Below, one piece after another: positions 44,014 to 53,920 of a stretch of 64,000 nucleotides of DNA. Every line of letters begins with the position of its first letter. Position 1 is the stretch's first letter. Both the position numbers and the translations under genes were made by a program. The DNA comes from Gammaproteobacteria bacterium. Its GTDB lineage: Bacteria > Pseudomonadota > Gammaproteobacteria > S144-34. Location: positions 282 through 64,281 of the forward strand of contig JALSJE010000067.1 of assembly GCA_026989495.1 (NCBI GenBank). Reading direction: 5' to 3'. Under the pieces are notes generated by a model. The model made no database searches, was not told the origin of the DNA, and saw only the letters and a list, made by a program, of their open reading frames with translations.

Positions 44014-44540
44014 CCGGCCATGCCCTCGAGGGCCTCGGCCCGGCGCTCGGCGGCGCGGGCACCGGCGGCATCGCCCCGTGCCCGGCGGGCGGCGGCGATC
44101 AGGCGCCAGTTGCGCGCACCCAGGGCCCGGTCCCGGGGCGCGAGCGCCAGCGAGCGGCGCGCGAGCGCCTCGGCCCGCCGCCACATCCCCTGTCCGAGGC
44201 GAATGCGCGCCAGCCGGTGCCACAGGGCCGCATCCCGCGGGGCGATGCGCAGCGCCCGCTCCACGGCGGCGGCGGCCGCCTCCAGGTCGCCGCGGCGCTC
44301 GGCCGCGCGCGAGCGGTCCAGCAGCGCGAGCACGGGCCCGCGCGCGGGGCGGGGTGCTGGCGTCGCCGCGGCCGGCGGGGGCTGCGGCGCCCGCTCCTCC
44401 ACCGGAGGCGGCCCGACCCCTTCCACCGGCGCCGCGGGACCGGAGCCCGTGGCTGCGCAGCCGGCCGCCAGCGCCGCCAGCGAGGCGGCGGGCAGCAGAA
44501 GGGTCGCAGGGACGCTCACTCGAAGATGCGGCGCAGCCAT
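44010..44540 (-). CDS. lpoP: TPR-repeat outer-membrane lipoprotein, LpoP-like (candidate PBP1B activator)
   Basis: Lipobox LAALAAGC, a Pro-rich linker, then TPR-like helices (AAAAVERALRIAPRDAALWHRLARIRLGQGMWRRAEALARRSLALAP). Located directly downstream of, and overlapping, mrcB. Confidence 0.5.
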   Translation of the reverse strand: MAAPHLRVSVPATLLLPAASLAALAAGCAATGSGPAAPVEGVGPPPVEERAPQPPPAAATPAPRPARGPVLALLDRSRAAERRGDLEAAAAAVERALRIAPRDAALWHRLARIRLGQGMWRRAEALARRSLALAPRDRALGARNWRLIAAARRARGDAAGARAAERRAEALEGMAG

Positions 44541-46846
44541 CTCAGCGGATTCGGAGCGCCGGCACAGGGGGCCCGTTCCGCGGGCGCCGATCCGGCGATG
44601 AAGGGCAATTCTACGCTGCCTGTGCAGCCCGAGTCAGCGCGCAGCCCCGTCTCCGGATCCACCCGCACCCATTCGATGCCCTCCGGCTCCACCGGGGCGA
44701 AGGGCTCCAGCGTGGGCGCGAGCGCGCGCATGAGCAGGCCCCAGACCTGCAGCGCCCCGGCTGCCCCGCTCAGGCCCACGGGGGCATTGTCGTCGCGCCC
44801 CAGCCACACCACCGCCACGCGGTTGCCCGTGAAGCCCGCAAACCAGGAGTCGCGCAGGTCGTCCGTGGTGCCGGTCTTGCCGGCCACACCCAGCGCCGCC
44901 ACGGGCAGGTAGGCCGCGAGGCCGCGGCCCGTGCCCTCGCGCACCGCGCGCTGCAGCGCGTGATCGACGAGGAACACCACCCGGGGGTCGAGGGCGGGCT
45001 CGGTCTCCAACGGATAGCGCGAGAGGGGCTCGCCCGCGGCGGTGAGCACCGCGCGCGTGGCACGCACGGGCGTATGGAAGCCTCCGCCCGCCAGCGTCAG
45101 GTACATGCGCGCCACCTCCAGGGGCGAGAGGCTCACCGCGCCCAGCAGCAGCGCCGGGTAGGGCCGCAGCGGCCGCCCCACGCCGAGGCGGCGCAGCGTG
45201 TCCACCACCGCGGGCACGCCCACCGCGAGCCCCACCCGCGCCGTGGGCACGTTCAGCGACTCCGCCAGCGCCCGGTACAGGGGCACGGGGCCGCGGAAGC
45301 GCTCGTCGTAGTTGCGCGGGGCCCATACCTTGCCGTCGTCGAGGCGCACCTCGAGCGGGTCGTCCTCCACCAGGGTGGCCAGGGTCCAGCGCCGGGGGTG
45401 CACGAGCGCCGCCAGATACACCGCGGGCTTGACCAGCGAGCCCACGGGCCGGCGTGCGTCCAGCGCGCGGTTGAAGCCCGCGAAGCGCGGCGCGCGCCCG
45501 CCCACCACCGCGAGCGCCTCGCCCGTGCCCGCGTCCAGCACCACCACCGCCCCCTGGAGGCTGCCCCGCGGGAGACCGTGGCCACGCTCGAGGGCGGCGA
45601 TCCCCCGCGTGAGCGCGCGCTCCGCCGCCGCCTGCAGGAGGGGGTCGAGCGTGGTGAAGATGCGCAGCCCCTGGGTGCGCAGGTCCTCCTCCCGGTACTC
45701 GCGCGCGAGCTGGCGCCGCACGAGGTCCATGAAGGCGGGGTACTCGGCGAGCGCGGGCGGCTGTGGAACGACCCCCAGGGGCGCGCGCCGCGCGCGCGCC
45801 GCCTCGGCCCGGCTGATCACGCCCCGCTCGGCCAGCACCCCCAGCACCACGTTCCGCCGCCGCCGCGCACGCTCCGGATGCCGCCGCGGGTCGTAGTACG
45901 AGGGCCCCTTGACCAGCCCCACCAGCAGGGCGATGCGCGGCAGGTCCAGCTCCGAGAGCGGGCGGCCGAAGTAGAAATGGCTCGCGAGCCCGAAGCCGTG
46001 GATGGCGCGGCGCCCGTCCTGCCCCAGGTAGACCTCGTTCAGGTAGGCCTCGAGGATCTCCTCCTTGCCGTAGTGCAGCTCCAGCAGCAGGGCCATCACC
46101 GCCTCGGTGGCCTTGCGCCTGAGCGTGCGCTCGGAGCCGAGGAAGAAGTTCTTGACGAGCTGCTGCGTGAGGGTGCTGCCGCCCTGCACCAGCGCACGCG
46201 CGCGGATGTCCGCCCACAGGGCGCGCAGCACCGCCCTGGGATCCACGCCGTGGTGGCGCCAGAAGCCGCGGTCCTCCACCGCCACCAGCGCGTCCACCAG
46301 CAGACGGGGCGCATCCTGGAGGCGGATCAGGACGCGATCCTCGTGGTGACGCGGGTAGAACTTGCCGACCAGCACGGGATCGAGGCGCACGAGCGCGGGC
46401 GCGCGGCCGCCGGCGGCCGCCTCCAGCGCCGCCACGCGGCCGGCGGCGAAACGCACGCGCACGCGCCGCGCCGGCTCCTCGCCGTCCCAGAAGCGGAAGC
46501 GGCGCGTATGGAGCAGGACCGCCTCGCCGGCCACGGCATAGCTGCCGGGCCGGCGCGCCCCCGCTGCGCGCACGTAGCCCAGACGCGCGAGCTCGTCCAG
46601 CAGCGCGCGCCGGCCCACCGGCGCGCCCGGGTAGAGCTCCAGCGCCCGCGCGTACACGCGCGCCGGGAGCTCCCAGCGCCGGCCCTCGAACTCGCTGCGG
46701 ATGCGCAGGTCGAGCCAGGCGGTCCAGGCCGCCAGCAGCAGCAGCGCCGCCACGGCCGCGCGCCAGGCGAGCCGGCGCGGCCAGCCGCGTCCGGCCTTCC
46801 CGCGGCGCCGTCCGCCGCGCCGCCTGCGCCGGCGCCGCGCGCTCAT
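44516..46846 (-). CDS. mrcB: penicillin-binding protein 1B (bifunctional glycosyltransferase/transpeptidase)
   Basis: ATG at 46846. N-terminal TM, UB2H-like region, GT51 motifs (EDRGFWRHHGVD; GGSTLTQQLVKN) and the TPase motifs SLVKP and KTGTT. Confidence 0.85.
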   Translation of the reverse strand: MSARRRRRRRGGRRRGKAGRGWPRRLAWRAAVAALLLLAAWTAWLDLRIRSEFEGRRWELPARVYARALELYPGAPVGRRALLDELARLGYVRAAGARRPGSYAVAGEAVLLHTRRFRFWDGEEPARRVRVRFAAGRVAALEAAAGGRAPALVRLDPVLVGKFYPRHHEDRVLIRLQDAPRLLVDALVAVEDRGFWRHHGVDPRAVLRALWADIRARALVQGGSTLTQQLVKNFFLGSERTLRRKATEAVMALLLELHYGKEEILEAYLNEVYLGQDGRRAIHGFGLASHFYFGRPLSELDLPRIALLVGLVKGPSYYDPRRHPERARRRRNVVLGVLAERGVISRAEAARARRAPLGVVPQPPALAEYPAFMDLVRRQLAREYREEDLRTQGLRIFTTLDPLLQAAAERALTRGIAALERGHGLPRGSLQGAVVVLDAGTGEALAVVGGRAPRFAGFNRALDARRPVGSLVKPAVYLAALVHPRRWTLATLVEDDPLEVRLDDGKVWAPRNYDERFRGPVPLYRALAESLNVPTARVGLAVGVPAVVDTLRRLGVGRPLRPYPALLLGAVSLSPLEVARMYLTLAGGGFHTPVRATRAVLTAAGEPLSRYPLETEPALDPRVVFLVDHALQRAVREGTGRGLAAYLPVAALGVAGKTGTTDDLRDSWFAGFTGNRVAVVWLGRDDNAPVGLSGAAGALQVWGLLMRALAPTLEPFAPVEPEGIEWVRVDPETGLRADSGCTGSVELPFIAGSAPAERAPCAGAPNPLRWLRRIFE

Positions 46847-46942
46847 CGCCCGCCTGCCTCGCGCCGGCCTCGCACGGTGCCGGCGCATCCCCTATGATGG
46901 CCGACCGCACCCGCGGCCTGCGGCGCTGACGAGGATCTCGGC

Positions 46943-48526
46943 ATGGAAGAGGCGATGCGCATCCAGGAAAAGCTGGTGGCGGCGCTCGGCGATCCCGCGC
47001 GCTACCACCACCCGGTGGACCAGGTCGAGATTATAGAGACGCACATCTCCCACGTCCTGCTGGCTGGCGACTACGCCTACAAGATCAAGAAGCCCCTCGA
47101 CCTGGGCTTCCTCGACTTCGGCACCCTCGAGAAGCGCCGGCGCTGCTGCGAGGAGGAGCTGCGCCTCAACCGCCGCCTGGCGCCGGACTGGTACCTCGAG
47201 GTGGTGCCCATCACGGGCACGCCAGAGGACCCGGCCCTGGGCGGGACGGGCGATGCCATCGAGTACGCCGTGCGCATGCGCCGCTTCCCGCAGGAGAGCC
47301 TGCTCGACCACCTGCTCGCCGAGGGCCGTGTGGATGCCGCTCTCGTGGACCGCATCGCGCGCACCGCGGCGGCCTTCCATGCCCGCGTGGCCACGGCAGG
47401 CCCGGACACGCCCTTCGGCGAGCCCGAGCGGGTCCACTTCCCGGTGCGACAGAACTTCGACCAGATCGCGCCCCTGCTGGAGACCGACGCCGAGCGCGCC
47501 CGGCTCGAGCGCCTGCGCGCCTGGGCCGAGGCGGCCTACGCGCGCCTCGAGCCCGTGCTCGCCGCGCGCAAGCGCGAGGGCTACGTGCGCGAGTGCCACG
47601 GCGACATGCACCTCGGCAACATGGCGCTGGTGGACGGCGAGCTCGTGATCTTCGACTGCATCGAGTTCAACGAGAACCTGCGCTGGATCGACGTCATGAG
47701 CGAGGCGGCCTTCTTCGTCATGGACATGGAGGCACGCGCCCATCCGGCGCTGGCCGCCCGCTTCCTCGATACCTACCTCACCCACACCGGCGACTATGCC
47801 GGCGTGGCCGTGCTGCGCTACTACCAGGCCTACCGCGCCCTGGTGCGCGCCAAGGTGGCGCGCATCCGCCTCGCCCAGCCCGGCCTGGACCCGGCGGAGG
47901 CCGATGACGCCCGCGCCCAGTACGTCGCCTACGTGGCGCTCGCCGAGCGCTACGCCGCCCCGCCCCGCCCCGCCCTGCTGCTCACGGCCGGGGTGGCCGG
48001 CGCCGGCAAGACCACCGGCAGCGAGGCGCTGCTGCATGCGCAGGATGCGATCCGTGTCCGCTCCGACGTGGAGCGCAAGCGCCTGTATGGCCTCCCGCCG
48101 GAGGCCCGCACCGGCTCCGCCACGGACCAGGGCATCTACACGCCCGAGGCCCACCGGCGCACCTACGCGCGGCTGCTGGAGCTCGCCGGGGAGGTGCTGG
48201 ACGCGGGGCTGCCCGTGGTGGTGGACGCCACCTTCCTCCTGCCCGAGCACCGCGCCCCCTTCCGCGAGCTCGCCCGCCGCAGGGGCATCCCCTTCGCCAT
48301 CCTCGCCTTCGAGGCGCCGGAGGCGGCGCTCGCGGCGCGGATCGAGATGCGCCTGCGCGCCGGCGCCGACCCCTCCGAGGCCGACGTGGAGGTGATGCGT
48401 CGCCAGCTGGAGCGCTGGCGTCCGCCCGCCGACGACGAGGCCGACCTCGTGCTGCGCTTCGGCCCGGGGGACGGCCCCGAGCAGGTGGCGGCCGCCGTGC
48501 GCGCCTGGCTGGGATCCGGGGCCTGA
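46943..48526 (+). CDS. bifunctional aminoglycoside-phosphotransferase-like kinase / P-loop (AAA-type) kinase protein
   Basis: 527 aa. N-terminal APH-like kinase fold (HGDMHLGN, IFDCIEFN), C-terminal P-loop GVAGAGKTT. Confidence 0.6.
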   Translation: MEEAMRIQEKLVAALGDPARYHHPVDQVEIIETHISHVLLAGDYAYKIKKPLDLGFLDFGTLEKRRRCCEEELRLNRRLAPDWYLEVVPITGTPEDPALGGTGDAIEYAVRMRRFPQESLLDHLLAEGRVDAALVDRIARTAAAFHARVATAGPDTPFGEPERVHFPVRQNFDQIAPLLETDAERARLERLRAWAEAAYARLEPVLAARKREGYVRECHGDMHLGNMALVDGELVIFDCIEFNENLRWIDVMSEAAFFVMDMEARAHPALAARFLDTYLTHTGDYAGVAVLRYYQAYRALVRAKVARIRLAQPGLDPAEADDARAQYVAYVALAERYAAPPRPALLLTAGVAGAGKTTGSEALLHAQDAIRVRSDVERKRLYGLPPEARTGSATDQGIYTPEAHRRTYARLLELAGEVLDAGLPVVVDATFLLPEHRAPFRELARRRGIPFAILAFEAPEAALAARIEMRLRAGADPSEADVEVMRRQLERWRPPADDEADLVLRFGPGDGPEQVAAAVRAWLGSGA

Positions 48527-48647
48527 GCCCCTCCCTCGGAACGCGGCGGCGTCACGCCCGGGGCGAGGCCCGATCCCCGAAGGACACCCGCGGAAAGGCG
48601 GCGGGGGACCTATACTCCAGGAAGGGGGGCGGGACGGAGGACGCGAC

Positions 48648-49154
48648 ATGGCGGGCAGGCTGCGCTGGGGGCTGATGGCGCTGCTCGCGGCGGCCTGCGC
48701 CGCAGGCGCCGGCGAGCGGGTGCAGACGCCCTACACGCCGCAGAAGGTGGTCTTCGATTTCTACTTCGACGACCCGCGCAAGATCGGCCCCGCCCTCTAC
48801 TGGATACGCTCCCTCATGAACCCGCTGCTGGCCGAGCCCTACGGCTACGCGCCGGAGGCGCTCGACATCAAGGTGGTGCTGCACGGGCAGGAGCTCGTCA
48901 CCCTCGCCCGGCGGAACTACGCGCGCTACCGTGACGCGGTCGAGCGCATGCGCTACTACGCCTCGCTCGGGGTCGAGTTCCGGGTCTGCGGCCTTTCGCT
49001 GGACGACTACGGCTACCGCCCCGAGGATCTGCAGGACTTCGTGCTGGTGGTCCCCTCGGCCATAACCGAGCTCGCCCACTGGCAGCTCCAGGGCTACGCC
49101 CTGATCCGCCCCCGCATCCTGGAGAAGCGCCTCTCCATCGAGGAGATCCGATGA
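48648..49154 (+). CDS. DsrE/DsrF-like family protein, secreted
   Basis: 168 aa. Signal peptide, then KVVFDFYFD ... KVVLHG ... RVCGLS, a pattern reminiscent of the DsrE/YchN fold. Low certainty. Confidence 0.4.
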   Translation: MAGRLRWGLMALLAAACAAGAGERVQTPYTPQKVVFDFYFDDPRKIGPALYWIRSLMNPLLAEPYGYAPEALDIKVVLHGQELVTLARRNYARYRDAVERMRYYASLGVEFRVCGLSLDDYGYRPEDLQDFVLVVPSAITELAHWQLQGYALIRPRILEKRLSIEEIR

Positions 49155-49906
49155 CCACCGCGGCGATCCGGGTCGGCACCTCGGGCTGGCACTACCCGCA
49201 TTGGCGCGGGCCCTTCTATCCGCGCGACCTCCCCCCGGAACGCTGGCTCGCGTGGTACGCCGAACGCTTCCCCGCCGTGGAGATCAACAACAGCTTCTAC
49301 CGCACGCCGGACACCGCGACCTGCGCCGCCTGGGCCGCCGCGGTGCCGCGCGGCTTCCGTTTCGCGGTCAAGGCCAACCGGGTCATCACCCACCGCAAGA
49401 AGCTCAAGGATGCCGGCCCCATCGTGGCGGGCTTCCTCGAGCGCATCGCCCCCCTGGGCCGGCGCCTGGGACCGATCCTGTTCCAGCTCCCGCCGCGCTG
49501 GCGCTGCAACCTGGACCGCCTGGCGGGCTTCCTCGAGGTCCTGCCCCCCGGCCTGCCCTGCGCCTTCGAGTTCCGCGACCCCGACTGGCACCGCGACGCC
49601 GTCTACCGGCTGCTGGAGCGTCACGGCGCCGGCTTCTGCATCTTCGACCTCGCGGGCCTGCGCGCGCCGCTCGCGGTGACCTCGCCCCTGGTGTACCTGC
49701 GGCTGCACGGGCCCGACGGGCCCTACGCGGGCAGCTACGCCGTGACCACGCTGCGCGCCTGGGCGCGCCGCGCGAGCGCCTGGGCGCGCGAGGGCCACGA
49801 GGTGTGGATCTTCTTCGACAACGACGAGCGCGGTCATGCACCGCGCAACGCGGCCACCCTCAAGCGCCTCCTTGCCGACGGCCCCGGACGGCGCGCGGCC
49901 GGCTGA
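49151..49906 (+). CDS. DUF72 (YecE-like) family protein
   Basis: 251 aa. IRVGTSGWHYPHWRGPFYP and EINNSFY are DUF72 hallmarks. Confidence 0.75.
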   Translation: MTTAAIRVGTSGWHYPHWRGPFYPRDLPPERWLAWYAERFPAVEINNSFYRTPDTATCAAWAAAVPRGFRFAVKANRVITHRKKLKDAGPIVAGFLERIAPLGRRLGPILFQLPPRWRCNLDRLAGFLEVLPPGLPCAFEFRDPDWHRDAVYRLLERHGAGFCIFDLAGLRAPLAVTSPLVYLRLHGPDGPYAGSYAVTTLRAWARRASAWAREGHEVWIFFDNDERGHAPRNAATLKRLLADGPGRRAAG

Positions 49907-49910
49907 ACGC

Positions 49911-51278
49911 TCAGCGCGCTAGCGCCGCCTCCAGCGCCGTCACCACCTCGGCGAAGCGCTCCAGGTCCACGTCCCGGATCGGCGCCTCGGGGAAGCGGCG
50001 GTCGGCATAGAGCAGCCCCACGGTGCCGCCGCGCCCCCGCACCGCGGCCGCGAGGAACACCGGCACCTGGACGAGCTCGCGCACGGCTTCCGGCACCTCG
50101 CTCCAGCGCTCGGCGTCTTCCTTGCACACCCGCAGGCAGCCGCCCTCCTCCACGAGGCGGCTGAACAGGTGCCCGCCCCACAGGGGCAGCTCGAAGCGGT
50201 TGAATGCCGGGCTGTGCTCGGTGCCCCGGAAGCGGTGCGCGCGCAGCGCCTCGCCGTGGCGCACTAGCCGCGCGAAGACCACGCGGTTCAGCCCCAGCCC
50301 GTCATGCAGGGCATCCAGCGCGAGCTCCACGGCCGCGTCCAGGGGCGTGGCACCGGCCTCCCCCAGGGCCGCCAGCGCCTGCCGGAAGAGGTCGGGACGC
50401 GGCGCGAGCAGATAGGGCACCGCCGGTCCCCGCGGCTCCGCGGCCTCGGGCACCGCGAGCCCGGCCTCGGCCAGAGTCTCTTGCGCGCGCGCCTCCAGCT
50501 CCGCCACGGGAAGCTCGATCCACGCCGCCGCCTCCGCCAGGGCCTGTCGGGCCGCCCGGGATCCCCATCCCCGCTCCAGCGCCCGGGCGAGCTCCACGGC
50601 CAGCATCACCCCGTAGGGGCGCGGCTGGAGCGCGTTGGCGGGCTCCAGCGCCTGGAGCGCCAGCGGGGGCAGGCTCCAAAGGTACGCAAGCAGCGAGCTG
50701 AGGCGGACGAGCGCGCACCCCAGGGCCAGGTACTCCGCATCCTCGGACGCGATCCCGTCCGCCATCATGGCCTCCACCTGCACCATCCCCTCCGGCTCCC
50801 AGGCCCATGCGGCGAGCTCGCCCGCGAAGGCGGCGAGCGCCGCGGCATAGACCTCGTCCGGGAGCTGGTCGCCACGCCAGCCCGCCCAGTCGCGGGCCAG
50901 CACCCCGGCGCGCCGCGCCCTGGCGGCGGCGCGCCGGTAGCCCGCCAGGGCCTCCCCCGTCAGCGCCTCCTCGTCCACCGGCAGCGCCCGGGCCATGGGG
51001 AAGATGCGCGCCGTGCCCAGCATGAGAGCCGCATGACGGATGGTCCCCACCTCGTTGTCGAGGTGCAGGTGCTCCACGCTGTTGGCGCTGCTGAGAAGGT
51101 GCAGGGTCAGGGCCGGGTCGCGCTCGACCACCTCGGCGATCTCGTCCGGGTCGGCGTCCGCCAGGCCTCCGGCCTCCATGGCGCGGAGGGCCTCCCGCAC
51201 CACGCGGCCCACGGGCAGGCGCGCGGCGTCGGCCCGCTGCGCCCAGCGCTCCATCCCTCTGTGCATGGCCTCGACCAT
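49911..51278 (-). CDS. HDOD-domain signalling protein
   Basis: 455 aa. N-terminal HDOD-like region with a C-terminal GAF-like region. Divergent from motAB. Confidence 0.55.
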   Translation of the reverse strand: MVEAMHRGMERWAQRADAARLPVGRVVREALRAMEAGGLADADPDEIAEVVERDPALTLHLLSSANSVEHLHLDNEVGTIRHAALMLGTARIFPMARALPVDEEALTGEALAGYRRAAARARRAGVLARDWAGWRGDQLPDEVYAAALAAFAGELAAWAWEPEGMVQVEAMMADGIASEDAEYLALGCALVRLSSLLAYLWSLPPLALQALEPANALQPRPYGVMLAVELARALERGWGSRAARQALAEAAAWIELPVAELEARAQETLAEAGLAVPEAAEPRGPAVPYLLAPRPDLFRQALAALGEAGATPLDAAVELALDALHDGLGLNRVVFARLVRHGEALRAHRFRGTEHSPAFNRFELPLWGGHLFSRLVEEGGCLRVCKEDAERWSEVPEAVRELVQVPVFLAAAVRGRGGTVGLLYADRRFPEAPIRDVDLERFAEVVTALEAALAR

Positions 51279-51365
51279 GGTGCGGGTGCCTCACCCGGGT
51301 TTCGGCCGCCGGCGGCCACTCTTTAGGCCTGCGCGCCTCTCAGGCCGCGCCCGGGCCGCTCGCGC

Positions 51366-51393
51366 TCAAGTTCGGACCGCCGGACGCCGATAA
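51366..51393 (+). promoter_or_regulatory. sigma-28 (FliA)-type promoter upstream of motA
   Basis: TCAAGTTC, a 12-nt spacer, then GCCGATAA. The -10 element matches the FliA consensus GCCGATAA exactly. Located 45 nt upstream of the motA ATG. Confidence 0.45.
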
Positions 51394-51437
51394 GCGGTCG
51401 CGAGCCCCATCCGTAGAGAGAAGGACGGCATCCACCC

Positions 51438-52301
51438 ATGAACCTGATCCTGGGCATCCTGATCGTGATCGGATCGGTCGCCGGGGGATATGTCCTGTCC
51501 CACGGCAACCTGGCAGCCCTGTGGCAGCCATACGAGCTGCTCGTCATCGGCGGAGCGGCCTTCGGGGCCTTCATCATCGCCAATCCCATGAAGGTGGTGA
51601 TGCGGGTGATCAAGAGCTGGCCGATCCTCATGAAGGGCTCGAAGTACGACAAGAAGGCCTACATGGACCTCCTGTCGCTGCTCTACGACCTCTTCGCCAA
51701 GGCCCGCAAGGAGGGCCTGATGGCGATCGAGAACGACGTGGAGGAGCCCGAGAACAGCGAGATCTTCAAGAAGTACCCGCGCATCCTCAAGGACCATCAT
51801 GCCGTCGAGTTCATCACGGACTATCTGCGCCTCATGGTGGGCGGCAACATGAACCCCTTCGAGCTCGAGAACCTCATGGACGTGGAGATCGAGACACACC
51901 ACCAGGAGGCCGAGCTGCCCGCCTCGGCCATCAACAAGGTGGCCGAGGCCCTGCCCGGGTTCGGTATCGTCGCCGCCGTGCTCGGAATCACCATCACCAT
52001 GGCCTCGATCGGCGGCCCCATCGAGCAGATCGGCGCCCACGTGGCCGCCGCCCTGGTCGGCACCTTCCTCGGCATCCTGCTCGCCTACGGCTTCGTGGGC
52101 CCGATGGGGCAGGCGCTCGAGCACGTCGTGCGCGAGGAGGGCAAGTTCTTCGAGGTCATCAAGGTGTGCCTGCTCGCCACCGTCAACGGCTACAGCCCGC
52201 AGGTGGCGGTGGAGTTCGGACGCAAGGCCATGTACCCGGGCATGCGCCCGAGCTTCCGCGAGCTCGAGGAGCACATCAAGCAGAAGAAGGCCGGCGGTTG
52301 A
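51438..52301 (+). CDS. motA: flagellar motor stator protein MotA
   Basis: 287 aa, collinear with E. coli MotA (YMDLLSLLY; PGFGIVAAVLGI; GTFLGILLAYGF). Confidence 0.9.
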   Translation: MNLILGILIVIGSVAGGYVLSHGNLAALWQPYELLVIGGAAFGAFIIANPMKVVMRVIKSWPILMKGSKYDKKAYMDLLSLLYDLFAKARKEGLMAIENDVEEPENSEIFKKYPRILKDHHAVEFITDYLRLMVGGNMNPFELENLMDVEIETHHQEAELPASAINKVAEALPGFGIVAAVLGITITMASIGGPIEQIGAHVAAALVGTFLGILLAYGFVGPMGQALEHVVREEGKFFEVIKVCLLATVNGYSPQVAVEFGRKAMYPGMRPSFRELEEHIKQKKAGG

Positions 52302-52322
52302 GGCGAGGCCGGGGCACGGGCG

Positions 52323-53294
52323 ATGGCCGACGACAAGAAGCACACGATCGTCGTCAAGAAGGTCAAGAAGGGCGGACACGGCCACCACGGCGGCGCCTGG
52401 AAGGTGGCGCTCGCCGATTTCGTCACGGCGATGATGGCCTTCTTCCTCCTCATGTGGCTGCTCGAGGCCACCACCGAGGAGCAGCTCGGCGCCATCTCGG
52501 CGTATTTCCGCAACCCGAGCGCGGTGCAGGGCTCGAGCGCCACGCCCTCAACCAGCCCCAGCATCCAGGGCCCGGGCGGCGCGAGCGACAGCATGATCGA
52601 CTTCGGCGGCACCATGGACGTGCCCAAGGGGCGCGACGGCGAGCCCTGGAAACAGGGCTCGCCCGACGAGCTCGAGCGGCTCGCGCGCGAGCTGGAGCGC
52701 AAGCGCCTGGAGGAGCTCATGGCCCAGCTGAAGGCCGCCCTGGAGCGCAGCCAGGCGCTCAAGCCCTTCAAGGACCAGCTCCTGCTGGACATCACCCCGG
52801 AGGGGCTGCGCATCCAGATCGTGGACAAGGAAAACCGTCCCATGTTCGATCTGGGCTCGGCCCAGCTCAAGGGCTATACGGTCGCCATACTCCACGAGCT
52901 CGCCAAGTTCATCAACGAGGTCCCCAACCGCATCAGCATCAGCGGCCACACCGACGCGCGTCCCTATGTCAATCGCGACGACTACAGCAACTGGGAGCTC
53001 TCCACCGACCGCGCCAACGCAGCCCGCCGCGAGCTCATCCGCGGCGGCATGGACCCCAAGAAGGTCGGCCGCATCGTCGGCTTCGCCTCGACGGTGCTCT
53101 TCGACAAGCAGGACCCCTACAACCCCATCAACCGGCGCATCAGCATCATCGTCATGACCAAGGCCACGGAGGAGGCCATGCGGGGCATGGAGTCGGCCCA
53201 CCCGCCCGTGCCGACGGACGGCAAGCCCACGGGTCAGGCGGAGGCGCAACCCGCGGGCGCCGCACATGCCGAAGGAGGGAGCCGCCAGCCGTGA
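52323..53294 (+). CDS. motB: flagellar motor protein MotB (OmpA-like peptidoglycan-binding)
   Basis: N-terminal TM with Asp (WKVALADFVTAMMAFFLLMWLL) and an OmpA-like domain (SGHTDARP...STDRANAAR). Confidence 0.85.
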   Translation: MADDKKHTIVVKKVKKGGHGHHGGAWKVALADFVTAMMAFFLLMWLLEATTEEQLGAISAYFRNPSAVQGSSATPSTSPSIQGPGGASDSMIDFGGTMDVPKGRDGEPWKQGSPDELERLARELERKRLEELMAQLKAALERSQALKPFKDQLLLDITPEGLRIQIVDKENRPMFDLGSAQLKGYTVAILHELAKFINEVPNRISISGHTDARPYVNRDDYSNWELSTDRANAARRELIRGGMDPKKVGRIVGFASTVLFDKQDPYNPINRRISIIVMTKATEEAMRGMESAHPPVPTDGKPTGQAEAQPAGAAHAEGGSRQP

Positions 53295-53299
53295 GCCGG

Positions 53300-53920
53300 C
53301 GCTCGCGCCGGGGAGGCCGGGAGCCTCAGCCGCCGGCCGGGGCCGCTGCGCAGCGGCCCCGCAGCATGCCCAGGCGCGCGCGGGCCCTTGGGACCTGACC
53401 ACAGCAGCGGCGCACCGAGGTAGAGCCCCGACAAGAAGACCAGGTAGCTGTACCTGGTGAGCACACCGATCCCGGCCAGCAGCCCCAGGGCGAGATAGCC
53501 ACCCATGCCGGGACGTTCCAGCAGCTGCAGGGCGGTGAGCGCGAGCCGCCCGTCGCCCAGCAGGCGCAGCGCGATGCGGTGGAGCGCGAACGCCGTGAGG
53601 AAGAGCGGCGCGTAGCGGAGCAGGAGGTGCGCGGCCAGGCCCGGCCCCAGGAGCGCGTACTGCCCCGCCAGCAGCCAGGTGTAGAGCGGCGGCTGGCGGA
53701 AGCCGTGGCTCCAGTCGATCGACTGGGTGAAGATGGCCTGTTCGACGCCGTCCGGCCCGAGCACTGGCGGGCCGGCGATGCGGATGGCCGCGTGCGCGGC
53801 CAGCCACAGCAACAGGAGGAGAAGAAAACGCCGCTCGCTCACCTGCCGGCCATCCGCAAGGCGCCTCAGGATTGCCGCCGCTGCCCCGCCTGTCGCCCCG
53901 GATCGGTAGAATGTCGCCAT
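53300..53920 (-). pseudogene. C-terminally truncated ArnT/PMT-like (GT-C) glycosyltransferase fragment
   Basis: The first 200 aa (TM helix, motif GPDGVEQAIFTQSIDW...RQPPLYTWLL, further TM helices) resemble the N-terminus of GT39/GT83 enzymes. The frame then decays into nonsense overlapping the motB 3' end. Far too short for this family. Confidence 0.4.
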
